A stretch of 64,000 bases of DNA from Nanobdellota archaeon (GCA_038045825.1 JBBSXJ010000003.1:148-64147); one strand, 5' to 3'. Positions 8,360 through 16,911 are shown, counted from the stretch's first letter. Notes: generated by a model not told the origin, from the sequence alone. Made by a program: numbers and translations.

Positions 8360-8905
8360 ATGGCTGAAACACAAACTAACAAACTTGAAAGAGAATATAC
8401 TATACCTCTTAGAAAGGAATGGACTAAAGTTCCTTCTTACAAGAGAACTGCTAAAGCTGTAAAAGCAATCAAAGAATTCATTGCTAAACATATGAAGGTT
8501 CCCAACAGAGATTTGAATTTAGTTAAAATTGATTCTTATTTGAATAATGAGGTTTGGTATAGAGGTTCTGCTACTCCTCCCGCTAGTGTTACTGTTAAAG
8601 CTATTAAGACTGGAGATGAGGTTAAAGTTACATTTGTTAGTGATCCTGAAAGAGTGAAATTTGCAAGACAAAGACATTCTAACAGAAATGTCAAAGTTAC
8701 TAAGACAGTAACTGCTCCCGAAGTTAAGAAAGAAGAAAAGACTGAAGAAGAAAAGAAAATTGAAAGTGAGAAAGAAAAATCGGCAGCTATTGCTAATGAG
8801 AAATTAGCTGAAGCTCAGGTCAAAGAACAGAAACATGTTGCTAAGGATAATATGGCGAATAAGAAAGCACCTATTCAAAGAAGAAGAACAATTGCTTCTA
8901 ATTAA
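8360..8905 (+). CDS. rpl31e: 50S ribosomal protein L31e with charged C-terminal extension
   Basis: EREYTIPLRK...KRTAKAVKAIKEFIAKHMK...LNNEVWYRG; ATG at 8360. Confidence 0.93.
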   Translation: MAETQTNKLEREYTIPLRKEWTKVPSYKRTAKAVKAIKEFIAKHMKVPNRDLNLVKIDSYLNNEVWYRGSATPPASVTVKAIKTGDEVKVTFVSDPERVKFARQRHSNRNVKVTKTVTAPEVKKEEKTEEEKKIESEKEKSAAIANEKLAEAQVKEQKHVAKDNMANKKAPIQRRRTIASN

Positions 8906-8909
8906 TCCT

Positions 8910-8932
8910 TTCGATTTCCGGCCCGCGCACCA
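8910..8932 (+). other. Isolated tRNA 3'-end fragment (possible att-site scar)
   Basis: TTCGATT-TCCGG-CCCGCGC-A-CCA reads as T loop, T-stem 3' strand, acceptor 3' strand, discriminator and CCA; no 5' half upstream. Confidence 0.6.
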
Positions 8933-9003
8933 TTTTAACGTCGATAAATATTTAGAACAATCTTAAAGTGTCAGTCCATGAATTCTCTCTTGGCTCCCAC
9001 GCC

Positions 9004-9846
9004 TTACTTCTTAATATCTAAAACTGCTACAACTGGATGATGGTCTGATGCTTTATTTGTCAAGGCATTTTGAATGACATAAGAATCTTTTACTTTTATA
9101 TCAGGCGAAGCAAAAATATAATCTATCCTTACTCCAGATCTTTTATCTTTGGATAGATAATCTGTAGGAATTGTATAATCAAAAGAGTGAGGATGGGCCG
9201 ATCTATAAGTATCTACTAGACCTACAGAAGTTAAAACTGGTACTGCTAATCTTTTTAGCCAACTATCTACAACAGCTTCTGGATATCTAACCTGGCCATG
9301 TAACCCCGCAATTAAATCTGCTCTTTCATATTTATCTTGAGGAGAAAGAGAATTAAAATCTCCAGCCAAAACATAAGGGTTTGAATGCCTAGCCAGTACT
9401 ACTTCTTTGAAATATTTCGCCTTATCTTCTTCAGATACTGAAGGATGTGGGTGTGCTACATCTAGCATTAGAGGCATACCTTTCAAATCAATTGTTGTTC
9501 TTACATGATTTTGCATTCCTCGTTCATTATTTTGCATAGAAGTTATGGGATATTTTGATAGTATTGCTGACCCCCATTCTGCATCTCCTCTTTTTGCAAA
9601 TCTATAATTTGCAAATCCAAACAATTTACCATAATCCATAAATATGCTTCCGCCTCCAGGCTTTTGAGCACCGTAACAAGCTTCTGTCAATACCAGAATA
9701 TCAGGATCTTCTTGTCTTACAACTTCTTGTGCAGCAGTCAATCTTTCATTTTCTGGTTTATGGTCAAGACTATGAAAACCGTGTAAAACGTTGTAATTCA
9801 TTACTTTTACTTGCATGTGCTTTCCAACTAAATCGTCTAAGCTCAT
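9004..9846 (-). CDS. Endonuclease/exonuclease/phosphatase (EEP) family protein
   Basis: NYNV, LTE, GDFN, RIDYIF and SDH catalytic motifs. Confidence 0.9.
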   Translation of the reverse strand: MSLDDLVGKHMQVKVMNYNVLHGFHSLDHKPENERLTAAQEVVRQEDPDILVLTEACYGAQKPGGGSIFMDYGKLFGFANYRFAKRGDAEWGSAILSKYPITSMQNNERGMQNHVRTTIDLKGMPLMLDVAHPHPSVSEEDKAKYFKEVVLARHSNPYVLAGDFNSLSPQDKYERADLIAGLHGQVRYPEAVVDSWLKRLAVPVLTSVGLVDTYRSAHPHSFDYTIPTDYLSKDKRSGVRIDYIFASPDIKVKDSYVIQNALTNKASDHHPVVAVLDIKK

Positions 9847-9940
9847 TAAAATTTTTAAAGTAGATGGCTTTTTAAGCTTTCTTTAATGTATAACTTATTA
9901 GTGGTTACAAAATACAAATGTTTAAAAATAAGGATATTTC

Positions 9941-11713
9941 TTGATTTTTATGAGTGTTAAAAGAGTAAAATCTCAATATGTAGCATCCGAAGTGAACATT
10001 GAAGGTAGAGGAGCCTTTGTTAAAATTGTAAGAGATGGGGATGATACTAGAGCACACTTAATACCTAGATCAACATACGATGGCCTAGTTAGTGTAATTG
10101 ATGAGACTAGACGCATAGCAAGAGACTCTCTTGGAAATTTTCCTGGCTATCTTCATGCTAACGATAGAGAGGATATGAGGGCATATCTACAGACAGGAGA
10201 TCTTCAATTAATAGGTGAAGCAAAATACGAAGAAAAGAAGGGAGATATTAGAGCTCTAAGAAGAGACTTTGAAAGATCTATAGCTCGTGCTGCTTATTTA
10301 AGAAACAGAGGGGTTCCACCAGTATTTTCTGAAGAATTTGAGTCGCCATCCCAATGGACTGACAATGAGGGAAATGCATATCATAGATTTCCTACAGTAG
10401 ATACTATAATTAATATTGTAACTAGAGAGAAAAGACCTGATAGACCAGACGGCAGATGGGGTTACTCTAATCCTGCAAGAATAGAAAATATTGAAAAATT
10501 TTCACAATATCTCTCAAGAGTGGATGAAGGAGCTCTCCAGGAACAGTTAGTGCAAGAAATTGATAGAATATATCACTTTTCAGATGCAAGTATAAGAGAA
10601 TATGTAATTGGTAGAACTCGTATGGCTTTAGATAATTTAAGAGCTAACCTTATGCCACTTGGTAAAGCTGAAAAAGTAAAGAAATACAATTCTTCTTCTG
10701 GTCGTTTTAAGAAAGCAATGGAAGAACCTTTTTGGTTTACTCATTTTGATAAAGATTCTGTTCAAGCAATTATGGGGGATTACTGGCAACACTTTGTTGC
10801 TAGAGGTCTAGATTCAGATGTTCCTTTTGTTGCTCAAGCTCAAGAAGTTGAGAAAGTTGCAAGATTATTCCCTCAATTTGTACCTACAGATCTCCCCGGT
10901 CTTGAAGTTCAAAGAGTTGCTAACAGGCGTACAAGAAGAAATCTTGAAGCTAAAGCTATGGATAAGTCTAGTAACTTTGGTAGACTGACGAGACAGTTTT
11001 ATGATGCTTGTGATGAAGAAACTGTTGGAATTCTAACTGAAGCTATTGGAAAAAGAGTTTATGGAAAAAATGAGCATGGAAGATTTAGAACTCGCGATCA
11101 GTTAAGAGATGCATTAAAAATGCCAGACAATGAAGGCGATAAAGAGCTTCATGAAAGATTGTTCGGAGAAGCTGCTACTCAAGTGGCTAAACGCATGGAT
11201 TTAAAGGAATTCTGCGAATTAGCAGGAAATGCTCATCAACATTTAGCAGGGGCAAGGCATGTTTGGCCTTATATTGAACAAAGAATCTCTTCCCAAACGT
11301 TTGGTAGAGAATTTAAAGATTATTGGTCTGCAAGAATTGATGATTCAACTTTTATCTTACCACCATCAAAAATAAGAGATGCTATGAGTATTGGTAAATT
11401 CGTGTTTAATGGTTTTGCAGAAGGTTTGGTGGAAGAAATTGGTTTAGCTTATGTTGGTCAACTTACTGATCAGAGAGTTGTCGAAGTTGTTAATAAGAGA
11501 CCTGCTCTTGAAAAAAGACCTAAAACAGAATTAGCACTTGCTCAAAGAATTAAATCTTTAGTTGATGGAAGAGGTCTCTCTGGCAAACCTATTAAATCAA
11601 TAATGGCGCAACTTGGAATTAAATCCTTACCAAAAACTTTTGAGAGATTCATAAGTGGTCAAACTCTTAGACCTGATCATAATGCAGGAAGATACGGGTA
11701 CAGACATTGGTAA
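9941..11713 (+). CDS. Large orphan protein (590 aa)
   Basis: Long uninterrupted ORF with an upstream TATA-like element (TTTAAAAA, about 9921); no family recognised. Confidence 0.75.
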   Translation: MIFMSVKRVKSQYVASEVNIEGRGAFVKIVRDGDDTRAHLIPRSTYDGLVSVIDETRRIARDSLGNFPGYLHANDREDMRAYLQTGDLQLIGEAKYEEKKGDIRALRRDFERSIARAAYLRNRGVPPVFSEEFESPSQWTDNEGNAYHRFPTVDTIINIVTREKRPDRPDGRWGYSNPARIENIEKFSQYLSRVDEGALQEQLVQEIDRIYHFSDASIREYVIGRTRMALDNLRANLMPLGKAEKVKKYNSSSGRFKKAMEEPFWFTHFDKDSVQAIMGDYWQHFVARGLDSDVPFVAQAQEVEKVARLFPQFVPTDLPGLEVQRVANRRTRRNLEAKAMDKSSNFGRLTRQFYDACDEETVGILTEAIGKRVYGKNEHGRFRTRDQLRDALKMPDNEGDKELHERLFGEAATQVAKRMDLKEFCELAGNAHQHLAGARHVWPYIEQRISSQTFGREFKDYWSARIDDSTFILPPSKIRDAMSIGKFVFNGFAEGLVEEIGLAYVGQLTDQRVVEVVNKRPALEKRPKTELALAQRIKSLVDGRGLSGKPIKSIMAQLGIKSLPKTFERFISGQTLRPDHNAGRYGYRHW

Positions 11714-11714
11714 A

Positions 11715-12040
11715 TTATTTCCTCAAATGACTCAGAATAGCTAAGATAGTTTCTTTAACTGTTTGATCTTTAGTATCAATTATAACCCCGTAATCAAAAG
11801 AACTAACTTTCTTATGAACTACTCTTGCAACGTCAGCACCATGAGTCTCTCCCCTTTCTTTATCTCTTTCAATACATACTTCTACTGGAGCTTTAAGGGT
11901 AAATACATAATGAGGATAATCTAGTCTTTGAATAAGATCATCAATTTGAGATTTCCAGTAAAAATTACCATCAAATATTGCTATTTTGTATCATTTATTA
12001 CAGATTTTGTAAGTTTTAATACAATTTAGTATTAATATCA
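11715..12040 (-). pseudogene. Degraded P-loop nucleotide kinase (C-terminal half)
   Basis: Start-less frame 11990-11715 reads YKIAIFDGNFYW...FTLKAPVEVCIERDKER...IIDTKDQTVKETILAI*; upstream is frameshifted and stopped, and no Walker A survives. Confidence 0.6.
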
Positions 12041-12166
12041 ATTATTAATAAACCATTCTGTATCTATATACAAACATTTTGTAACTATTAGTGCAAAATA
12101 GCATGGTTTGTGGTTTCTAATATAGAAAGATTTATATATCAATTGATAGTATTATCAATAGATACT

Positions 12167-12460
12167 ATGGAAGCCCAAGAACTAAAGAAAATGAAATTTA
12201 ACCTAAATGAAATTATCTCAAGAAGCCCTAGATTAGACACCGTAATCATGGTAGAACATTTCATTAAAGAACATAGTGGAGAATACAAAAAAACAGAATT
12301 ATTCAACAAACTTCCTAAAAAAATGATGTGGGGCACTTTTAATGTAATTTTACAATATTTGTGGGATAATAATAAGATTGGGATAGATAAAAATGATTAT
12401 GTGGTTTATATTTGGAATCCAGAGTTAGTAGAGAGACTTAAAAATAGAAAAGCATACTAA
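12167..12460 (+). CDS. Winged-helix-like putative antitoxin
   Basis: SPRLDTVIMVE...LPKKMMWGTFNVILQYL; directly upstream of a RelE-like toxin frame; ATG at 12167. Confidence 0.65.
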   Translation: MEAQELKKMKFNLNEIISRSPRLDTVIMVEHFIKEHSGEYKKTELFNKLPKKMMWGTFNVILQYLWDNNKIGIDKNDYVVYIWNPELVERLKNRKAY

Positions 12461-12465
12461 AAATT

Positions 12466-12801
12466 GTGTTGGGTAAACCTGCTAAAGAGATTAAATTTAT
12501 GGAGCGACATATAGAGGATGATTTTCTTTCATTACCTAATAATCACCTCATAAAAAAAGGAATTCAAAGAGCAATTATTAAGATAAAAGAAAATGTTTTT
12601 GTAGGAGAAAACATTCGTAAAGAACTAATCCCTAAAGAATATATTCAAAAATATTCGATAGATAACTTATAGTGGTATCCCTTACCAAATGCTTGGAGAT
12701 TAGTTTACTCAATCGCAACTGATAAATCAGAAGTTTTAGCAATAATCATAGAATATTTTGATCACAAAAATTATGCTAAAAGATTTGGTTACAAAACTTG
12801 A
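12466..12801 (+). pseudogene. RelE-like toxin interrupted by an in-frame TAG
   Basis: Frame continues past TAG (12670-12672): IDNL*WYPLPNAWRLVYSI...IEYFDHKNYAKRFGYKT* to TGA at 12801. Confidence 0.75.
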
Positions 12802-12807
12802 TTGGTT

Positions 12808-12840
12808 GCGCATGGAATTAAGATAAATTATATCATGCGC
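12808..12840. terminator. Inverted repeat between convergent toxin and histone genes
   Basis: GCGCATG-N19-CATGCGC. Confidence 0.4.
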
Positions 12841-12863
12841 GGGACAGCATTCTACATTTTGTT

Positions 12864-13037
12864 TTAAAGATCTCTTGCTTGAAGAGTTCTGCGACCATTT
12901 GCCTTCGCTCTTTCTGCTGCTTTATCTAAAAGTTCTTTGACTTTTTTGTTTAGAGCATCTGGAACTTCTCCTGCTACAGACATGTCAGGAACTGCTGACT
13001 TAATTTTACTTTTTATTACTAAGTCTATGTCTTCCAT
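12864..13037 (-). CDS. Minimal histone-fold protein (57 aa; not in ORF track)
   Basis: MEDIDLVIKSKIKSAVPDMSVAGEVPDALNKKVKELLDKAAERAKANGRRTLQARDL; histone RxTxxxxD motif; TATA TTTAAAT about 21-27 nt upstream of ATG. Confidence 0.85.
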   Translation of the reverse strand: MEDIDLVIKSKIKSAVPDMSVAGEVPDALNKKVKELLDKAAERAKANGRRTLQARDL

Positions 13038-13074
13038 AAGTTATGTTATATTTTGGGATTTAAATTACTTTTGA

Positions 13075-13329
13075 TTAAAATAAATAGTTTTTGAATACAA
13101 CATAACCATCTACAATTAGGCCAACTAATCCAATTAATAAAATTAGAAACCCCATCCAATCAGGCATTCTCTTTTTAGTTTTGACCATATATATCCCGGT
13201 GATAAATAAAAATACAAATCCAATGAAACCAAAGATATCAAAGAATTCTGCTTCTTTGCCTGAAGTTATTAAAATTAAAGCGAATATTATTGAGAAGATT
13301 ATTAATATTATTTGAGGAAATTTATTCAT
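13075..13329 (-). CDS. Small membrane protein (3 TM)
   Basis: Hydrophobic; directly downstream of lysS. Confidence 0.65.
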   Translation of the reverse strand: MNKFPQIILIIFSIIFALILITSGKEAEFFDIFGFIGFVFLFITGIYMVKTKKRMPDWMGFLILLIGLVGLIVDGYVVFKNYLF

Positions 13330-13330
13330 A

Positions 13331-15238
13331 TTATTTATATAATTTAAAGTGCTCTGTTAATCTTTCAACCGTTTTTTTAAGACCAAATACCAAAACTCCC
13401 AGATAATCTAATTCGTGGTGTTTTTTGCTTCGCGTAATTTCAATTACTTTCTTATCATTGGTTGTTTCTATCATTTCTCTAGTGAATGGAACAAAATCCA
13501 AGCCATTCTTTTGAGCTACTTCCATTAGGTCCAATAAATCTTTATTTGAATTAGCTTCTTTAATCATTATTGCATGTTGAATATTAAGCTTAATTTTACC
13601 ATCATCTTTGGTTAATATTGTGTCTTGCATGAATAAATCTCTTCCTTTTCTAGCTGCAAATGAGGAGGATAAGTGAGCAATTGTATTTAGTTCTTGCCAT
13701 CTTTCGAGCTTTGATCCTTTATTGAGAACTGCTACTGCTACTTTAGTTTCTGAATCTTTAACAGAAGATATATTTTCGGGGCGCATTAATGGAAAGATAA
13801 CTGTTTCTCTTAAAGGTTTTCCTTCAAAGAATGCAAATAATCTTTCTGATACTCCGAAGCCACATGTAGGGGGCATTCCATATTTTAGAGCTTCTACAAA
13901 ATCTTTATCATGTTCTTGAGCTTCTTTATCTCCTGCATCTTTCATTTCCTGTTGTATTACAAATCTTTCTTCTTGATCTATTGGGTCATTTAACTCAGAA
14001 TATCCATTTCCGACTTCACTTCCTCCCAAAATAATTTGGAATCTTTCTACTTTCCTTTCATCTTTTGGATCTCTTTTTGCTAGAGGAGAGACCTCAATAG
14101 GATGGCCAATTAAGAATGCAGGGCCAGATATTTTCTTTCTACAATATTTCCATAAGCTGTCCATTAGGTTTTGTTTTGATTGATTTGGTTCTACTACACC
14201 ATTAAGTTCTTTTAGTTTTTTCTCCATTTCTTTAACTGTAGCTTTAAAAATATCAATTCCAGTTTCATTCTTTACTTCATCAGCATAATCAATTTTTTTC
14301 CATGATTTTGAAAGATCAAAAGTATGATCTCCAATGGCAAATTTAGTTTTTCCGTAAACCTCTTTTGCTAACTTTTTGTACATTTCTTCTACTAAATCCA
14401 TTCCATCTTCATAATTTGCATAACCCCAATAGAATTCCATTTGAGTATAATCTTGTAAGTGTTCTGCATCCATTCCTTCGTTTCTGAATTGACGACCTAT
14501 CTCAAATGTTTTGTCAAAACCTGCTACCATTAAACGTTTTTGCCATAGTTCTCCCATTGATATTCTTAAAAATACATCCAAGTTTAGAGCATTATGATGT
14601 GTCTTGAAAGGTGTTGCTGCCGCTCCACCTGCTGAAGTCTCAAGAACTGGAGTTTCTACTTCTAGAAATCCTTTTTCTATTAAAAATTGCCTCATAGTAT
14701 TCCAGAACTTTGCTTTCCTAGAAAACATCGCTTTTGTTTCAGGATATGTTAAAATATCGAGATATCTTTTTCTTAATCTTTCTTCATCGTCTTTTAGACC
14801 ATGATGTTTATCTGGTAATGGTAAGATGGATTTTGTTAATATTGTTATTTTATTTGCAAGAACAGATAATTCTCCTCTTTCTGTTCTGATGATATTTCCA
14901 TCGACCCCTATAAAGTCCCCCGAATCAATCCATTTAGTAAATAATTCTTTTGTTGCTTCAGGCGTTGAACCGTGCTGTAATGTAACTTGTATTTTTCCTG
15001 AATCATCTTGAACAACTGCAAAAGCTATTTTACCAAAATCTCTGATGCTCATTATTCTACCTGCAATACTAACCTTACCGGATGCTTTTCCACCATTCTT
15101 TAGAGACTTGTGTTTTTCTATTAACTCCGAAGCGTAATGGGATCTTTCAAACTTATTAGGATAAGGATTAATCCCATTGGCCTTTAGCGCATGTAATTTC
15201 TTTAATCTTTCTTGAATAATTAGTTCTTCTCTACCCAT
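13331..15238 (-). CDS. lysS: Class II lysyl-tRNA synthetase with C-terminal DUF2000-like fusion
   Basis: OB-fold anticodon domain, motif 2 FRNEGMDAEH, YSELNDP, motif 3 GFGVSERL; about 140 extra C-terminal residues. Confidence 0.93.
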   Translation of the reverse strand: MGREELIIQERLKKLHALKANGINPYPNKFERSHYASELIEKHKSLKNGGKASGKVSIAGRIMSIRDFGKIAFAVVQDDSGKIQVTLQHGSTPEATKELFTKWIDSGDFIGVDGNIIRTERGELSVLANKITILTKSILPLPDKHHGLKDDEERLRKRYLDILTYPETKAMFSRKAKFWNTMRQFLIEKGFLEVETPVLETSAGGAAATPFKTHHNALNLDVFLRISMGELWQKRLMVAGFDKTFEIGRQFRNEGMDAEHLQDYTQMEFYWGYANYEDGMDLVEEMYKKLAKEVYGKTKFAIGDHTFDLSKSWKKIDYADEVKNETGIDIFKATVKEMEKKLKELNGVVEPNQSKQNLMDSLWKYCRKKISGPAFLIGHPIEVSPLAKRDPKDERKVERFQIILGGSEVGNGYSELNDPIDQEERFVIQQEMKDAGDKEAQEHDKDFVEALKYGMPPTCGFGVSERLFAFFEGKPLRETVIFPLMRPENISSVKDSETKVAVAVLNKGSKLERWQELNTIAHLSSSFAARKGRDLFMQDTILTKDDGKIKLNIQHAIMIKEANSNKDLLDLMEVAQKNGLDFVPFTREMIETTNDKKVIEITRSKKHHELDYLGVLVFGLKKTVERLTEHFKLYK

Positions 15239-15304
15239 TACAATAGTGGTTTAATGTGATTTATATGCGTTTTGATTATGCTTAAATCTTTCTTGAGAAA
15301 AAGA

Positions 15305-15312
15305 TTTAAATA
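15305..15312 (+). promoter_or_regulatory. Archaeal TATA box with upstream purine-rich BRE for the acidic micro-ORF
   Basis: GAGAAAAAGA-TTTAAATA, 22-29 nt before ATG 15334. Confidence 0.55.
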
Positions 15313-15333
15313 CTATTTTATTGAAATTAAAAC

Positions 15334-15417
15334 ATGGCAAAAGAGTTCGAAGAAAACGAATTTGAAGAAGATGCAGACGAAGATGAAGAAGAGGACGAAG
15401 AGGAAGAAGAAATTTAG
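15334..15417 (+). CDS. Hyperacidic micro-protein (27 aa; not in ORF track)
   Basis: MAKEFEENEFEEDADEDEEEDEEEEEI*; own promoter; fills the lysS-acyP gap. Confidence 0.6.
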   Translation: MAKEFEENEFEEDADEDEEEDEEEEEI

Positions 15418-15424
15418 TTAATAA

Positions 15425-15700
15425 CTAAAAATCCATTACTCTAAAATCCTTAAATCCTTGATATTTTTCTTCTTTTTCTTGTGTGCTTCTGATCATAGAA
15501 TGTTGGGGGCCTGTTTTACAGGCAATTAACATTGCAGTTACATCATCTATATTTCCTTCTACAAATATTTCTACTATTCCATCTCCTTTGTTTCTAACAA
15601 ATCCTTTTATTGAATATTTTTCTGCATTACCTTTAATAAAATTATTAAAGAAAACTGGTTGTATTGAACCTTGAATAGTTAATCTAACTGATTTTTTCAT
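15425..15700 (-). CDS. acyP: Acylphosphatase-fold protein with degenerate active site
   Basis: GFVRNKGDGIVEIFVEG and GPQHS motifs; canonical VQGVGFR reads IQPVFFN. Confidence 0.8.
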   Translation of the reverse strand: MKKSVRLTIQGSIQPVFFNNFIKGNAEKYSIKGFVRNKGDGIVEIFVEGNIDDVTAMLIACKTGPQHSMIRSTQEKEEKYQGFKDFRVMDF

Positions 15701-15727
15701 GTTTTTTCTTAGAGATTGAGGTTAATA

Positions 15728-16513
15728 TTATTTGCTATCTGGAAGTTTACCTACTAAATGGTCTACTCCATCTACTTTTGCAGATTGGGAAAAGCTTTCA
15801 TCAATGAGTCTTATGTGTGGGATGTTGTTCCAGTCTAATCCGAAAAGCTTTGTTGCTTGTTTATCCATGTCTAAAGGTTTTCCAGTTATAATGAATCCTT
15901 TATCTCCTGCATCTATTATTGCCAAATCAGGCATTTTGCACTTAAGGATATCATGGATCTGGTATTTTACTGGATGTTCTCTTAATTTCTTCTTTGTATT
16001 GGAGAAGAATCCTCTGTACTTGTATCCTGGGAAGGCTCCAAGCATTGTATCTAAAGAAGCTGATAATCCAAGTTCTGAATGCTCTCTAACTGGAGTAGCT
16101 GTGATTACAAAGCTGTTTAGAAGTATATCTGGGTAGTGTATAGATTTGAATCTTAAAAATTCTGGATTTTGGACCTCTACTGAGCTAGATTCGTTCAAGT
16201 CTATAAGACCGATGCTGTATTTCTCAGCAAGTCTAGTAAAACCTAGCTCATCAAAGAGATCTCTTGTTTCTGCACCATCACATCCTTCTGCCAGGATTAT
16301 ATCTGAACCAGGATTCTTGTTTGCCACTAAAAACTGAATCAACGGCTCAAGAAATTCTAGTTTTGTTGAATTTTGAGGTTGGCCTGGTACTAATTGTATT
16401 TTTACTACGATATTCTTATGTTTCTTTAATTCTTCATTTAACTTTATTAAGTTTAGAACTTTAGGGATTGTTTCATCATAAGACTTTAATCTGACTGCAA
16501 GACCTTTTACCAT
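15728..16513 (-). CDS. DUF362 family protein
   Basis: IILAEG...LIDLNE...SASLDTMLG...PDLAIIDA pattern. Confidence 0.7.
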   Translation of the reverse strand: MVKGLAVRLKSYDETIPKVLNLIKLNEELKKHKNIVVKIQLVPGQPQNSTKLEFLEPLIQFLVANKNPGSDIILAEGCDGAETRDLFDELGFTRLAEKYSIGLIDLNESSSVEVQNPEFLRFKSIHYPDILLNSFVITATPVREHSELGLSASLDTMLGAFPGYKYRGFFSNTKKKLREHPVKYQIHDILKCKMPDLAIIDAGDKGFIITGKPLDMDKQATKLFGLDWNNIPHIRLIDESFSQSAKVDGVDHLVGKLPDSK

Positions 16514-16563
16514 GAATAATTCTTAAGTCAAGAGTTTTTAACCATTATTGTGGTTTGATGCAT

Positions 16564-16911
16564 TTATTGATTATCTATTTTACCTGGATTTTTTATTTTA
16601 CCATATATGGCACCGATTAACATGCCCGTTAATATACTAACAATCAATGAAAGAAAATATCCTATAATAAGACCTATAATTAATTCTGAATGATTTGTTG
16701 CACCTAATCCAACTCCGAAACCAAATATTAGAGCCACGTATTGAGTAAGAGATAAAATAATTACTATCGGAGATAAAATATTGGCAAGATTTTGATTTAA
16801 TTCAAACAATATATGGTTAAAATTAATAATTGCCATTAAGAATAAAATTGGAAGTGAAATATATAGAGCGATTATAGCCCCTCTATACCAATAAGAATTA
16901 CTAAATTTCAT
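16564..16911 (-). CDS. Membrane protein
   Basis: Three hydrophobic segments. Confidence 0.6.
   Translation of the reverse strand: MKFSNSYWYRGAIIALYISLPILFLMAIINFNHILFELNQNLANILSPIVIILSLTQYVALIFGFGVGLGATNHSELIIGLIIGYFLSLIVSILTGMLIGAIYGKIKNPGKIDNQ

Noticed and set aside
12670-12672. Genome-wide amber (TAG) recoding
   Set aside because: All core genes in the window are complete without read-through, and TAG ends plausible genes (for example at 34201 and 34822). A single broken toxin is better explained locally.
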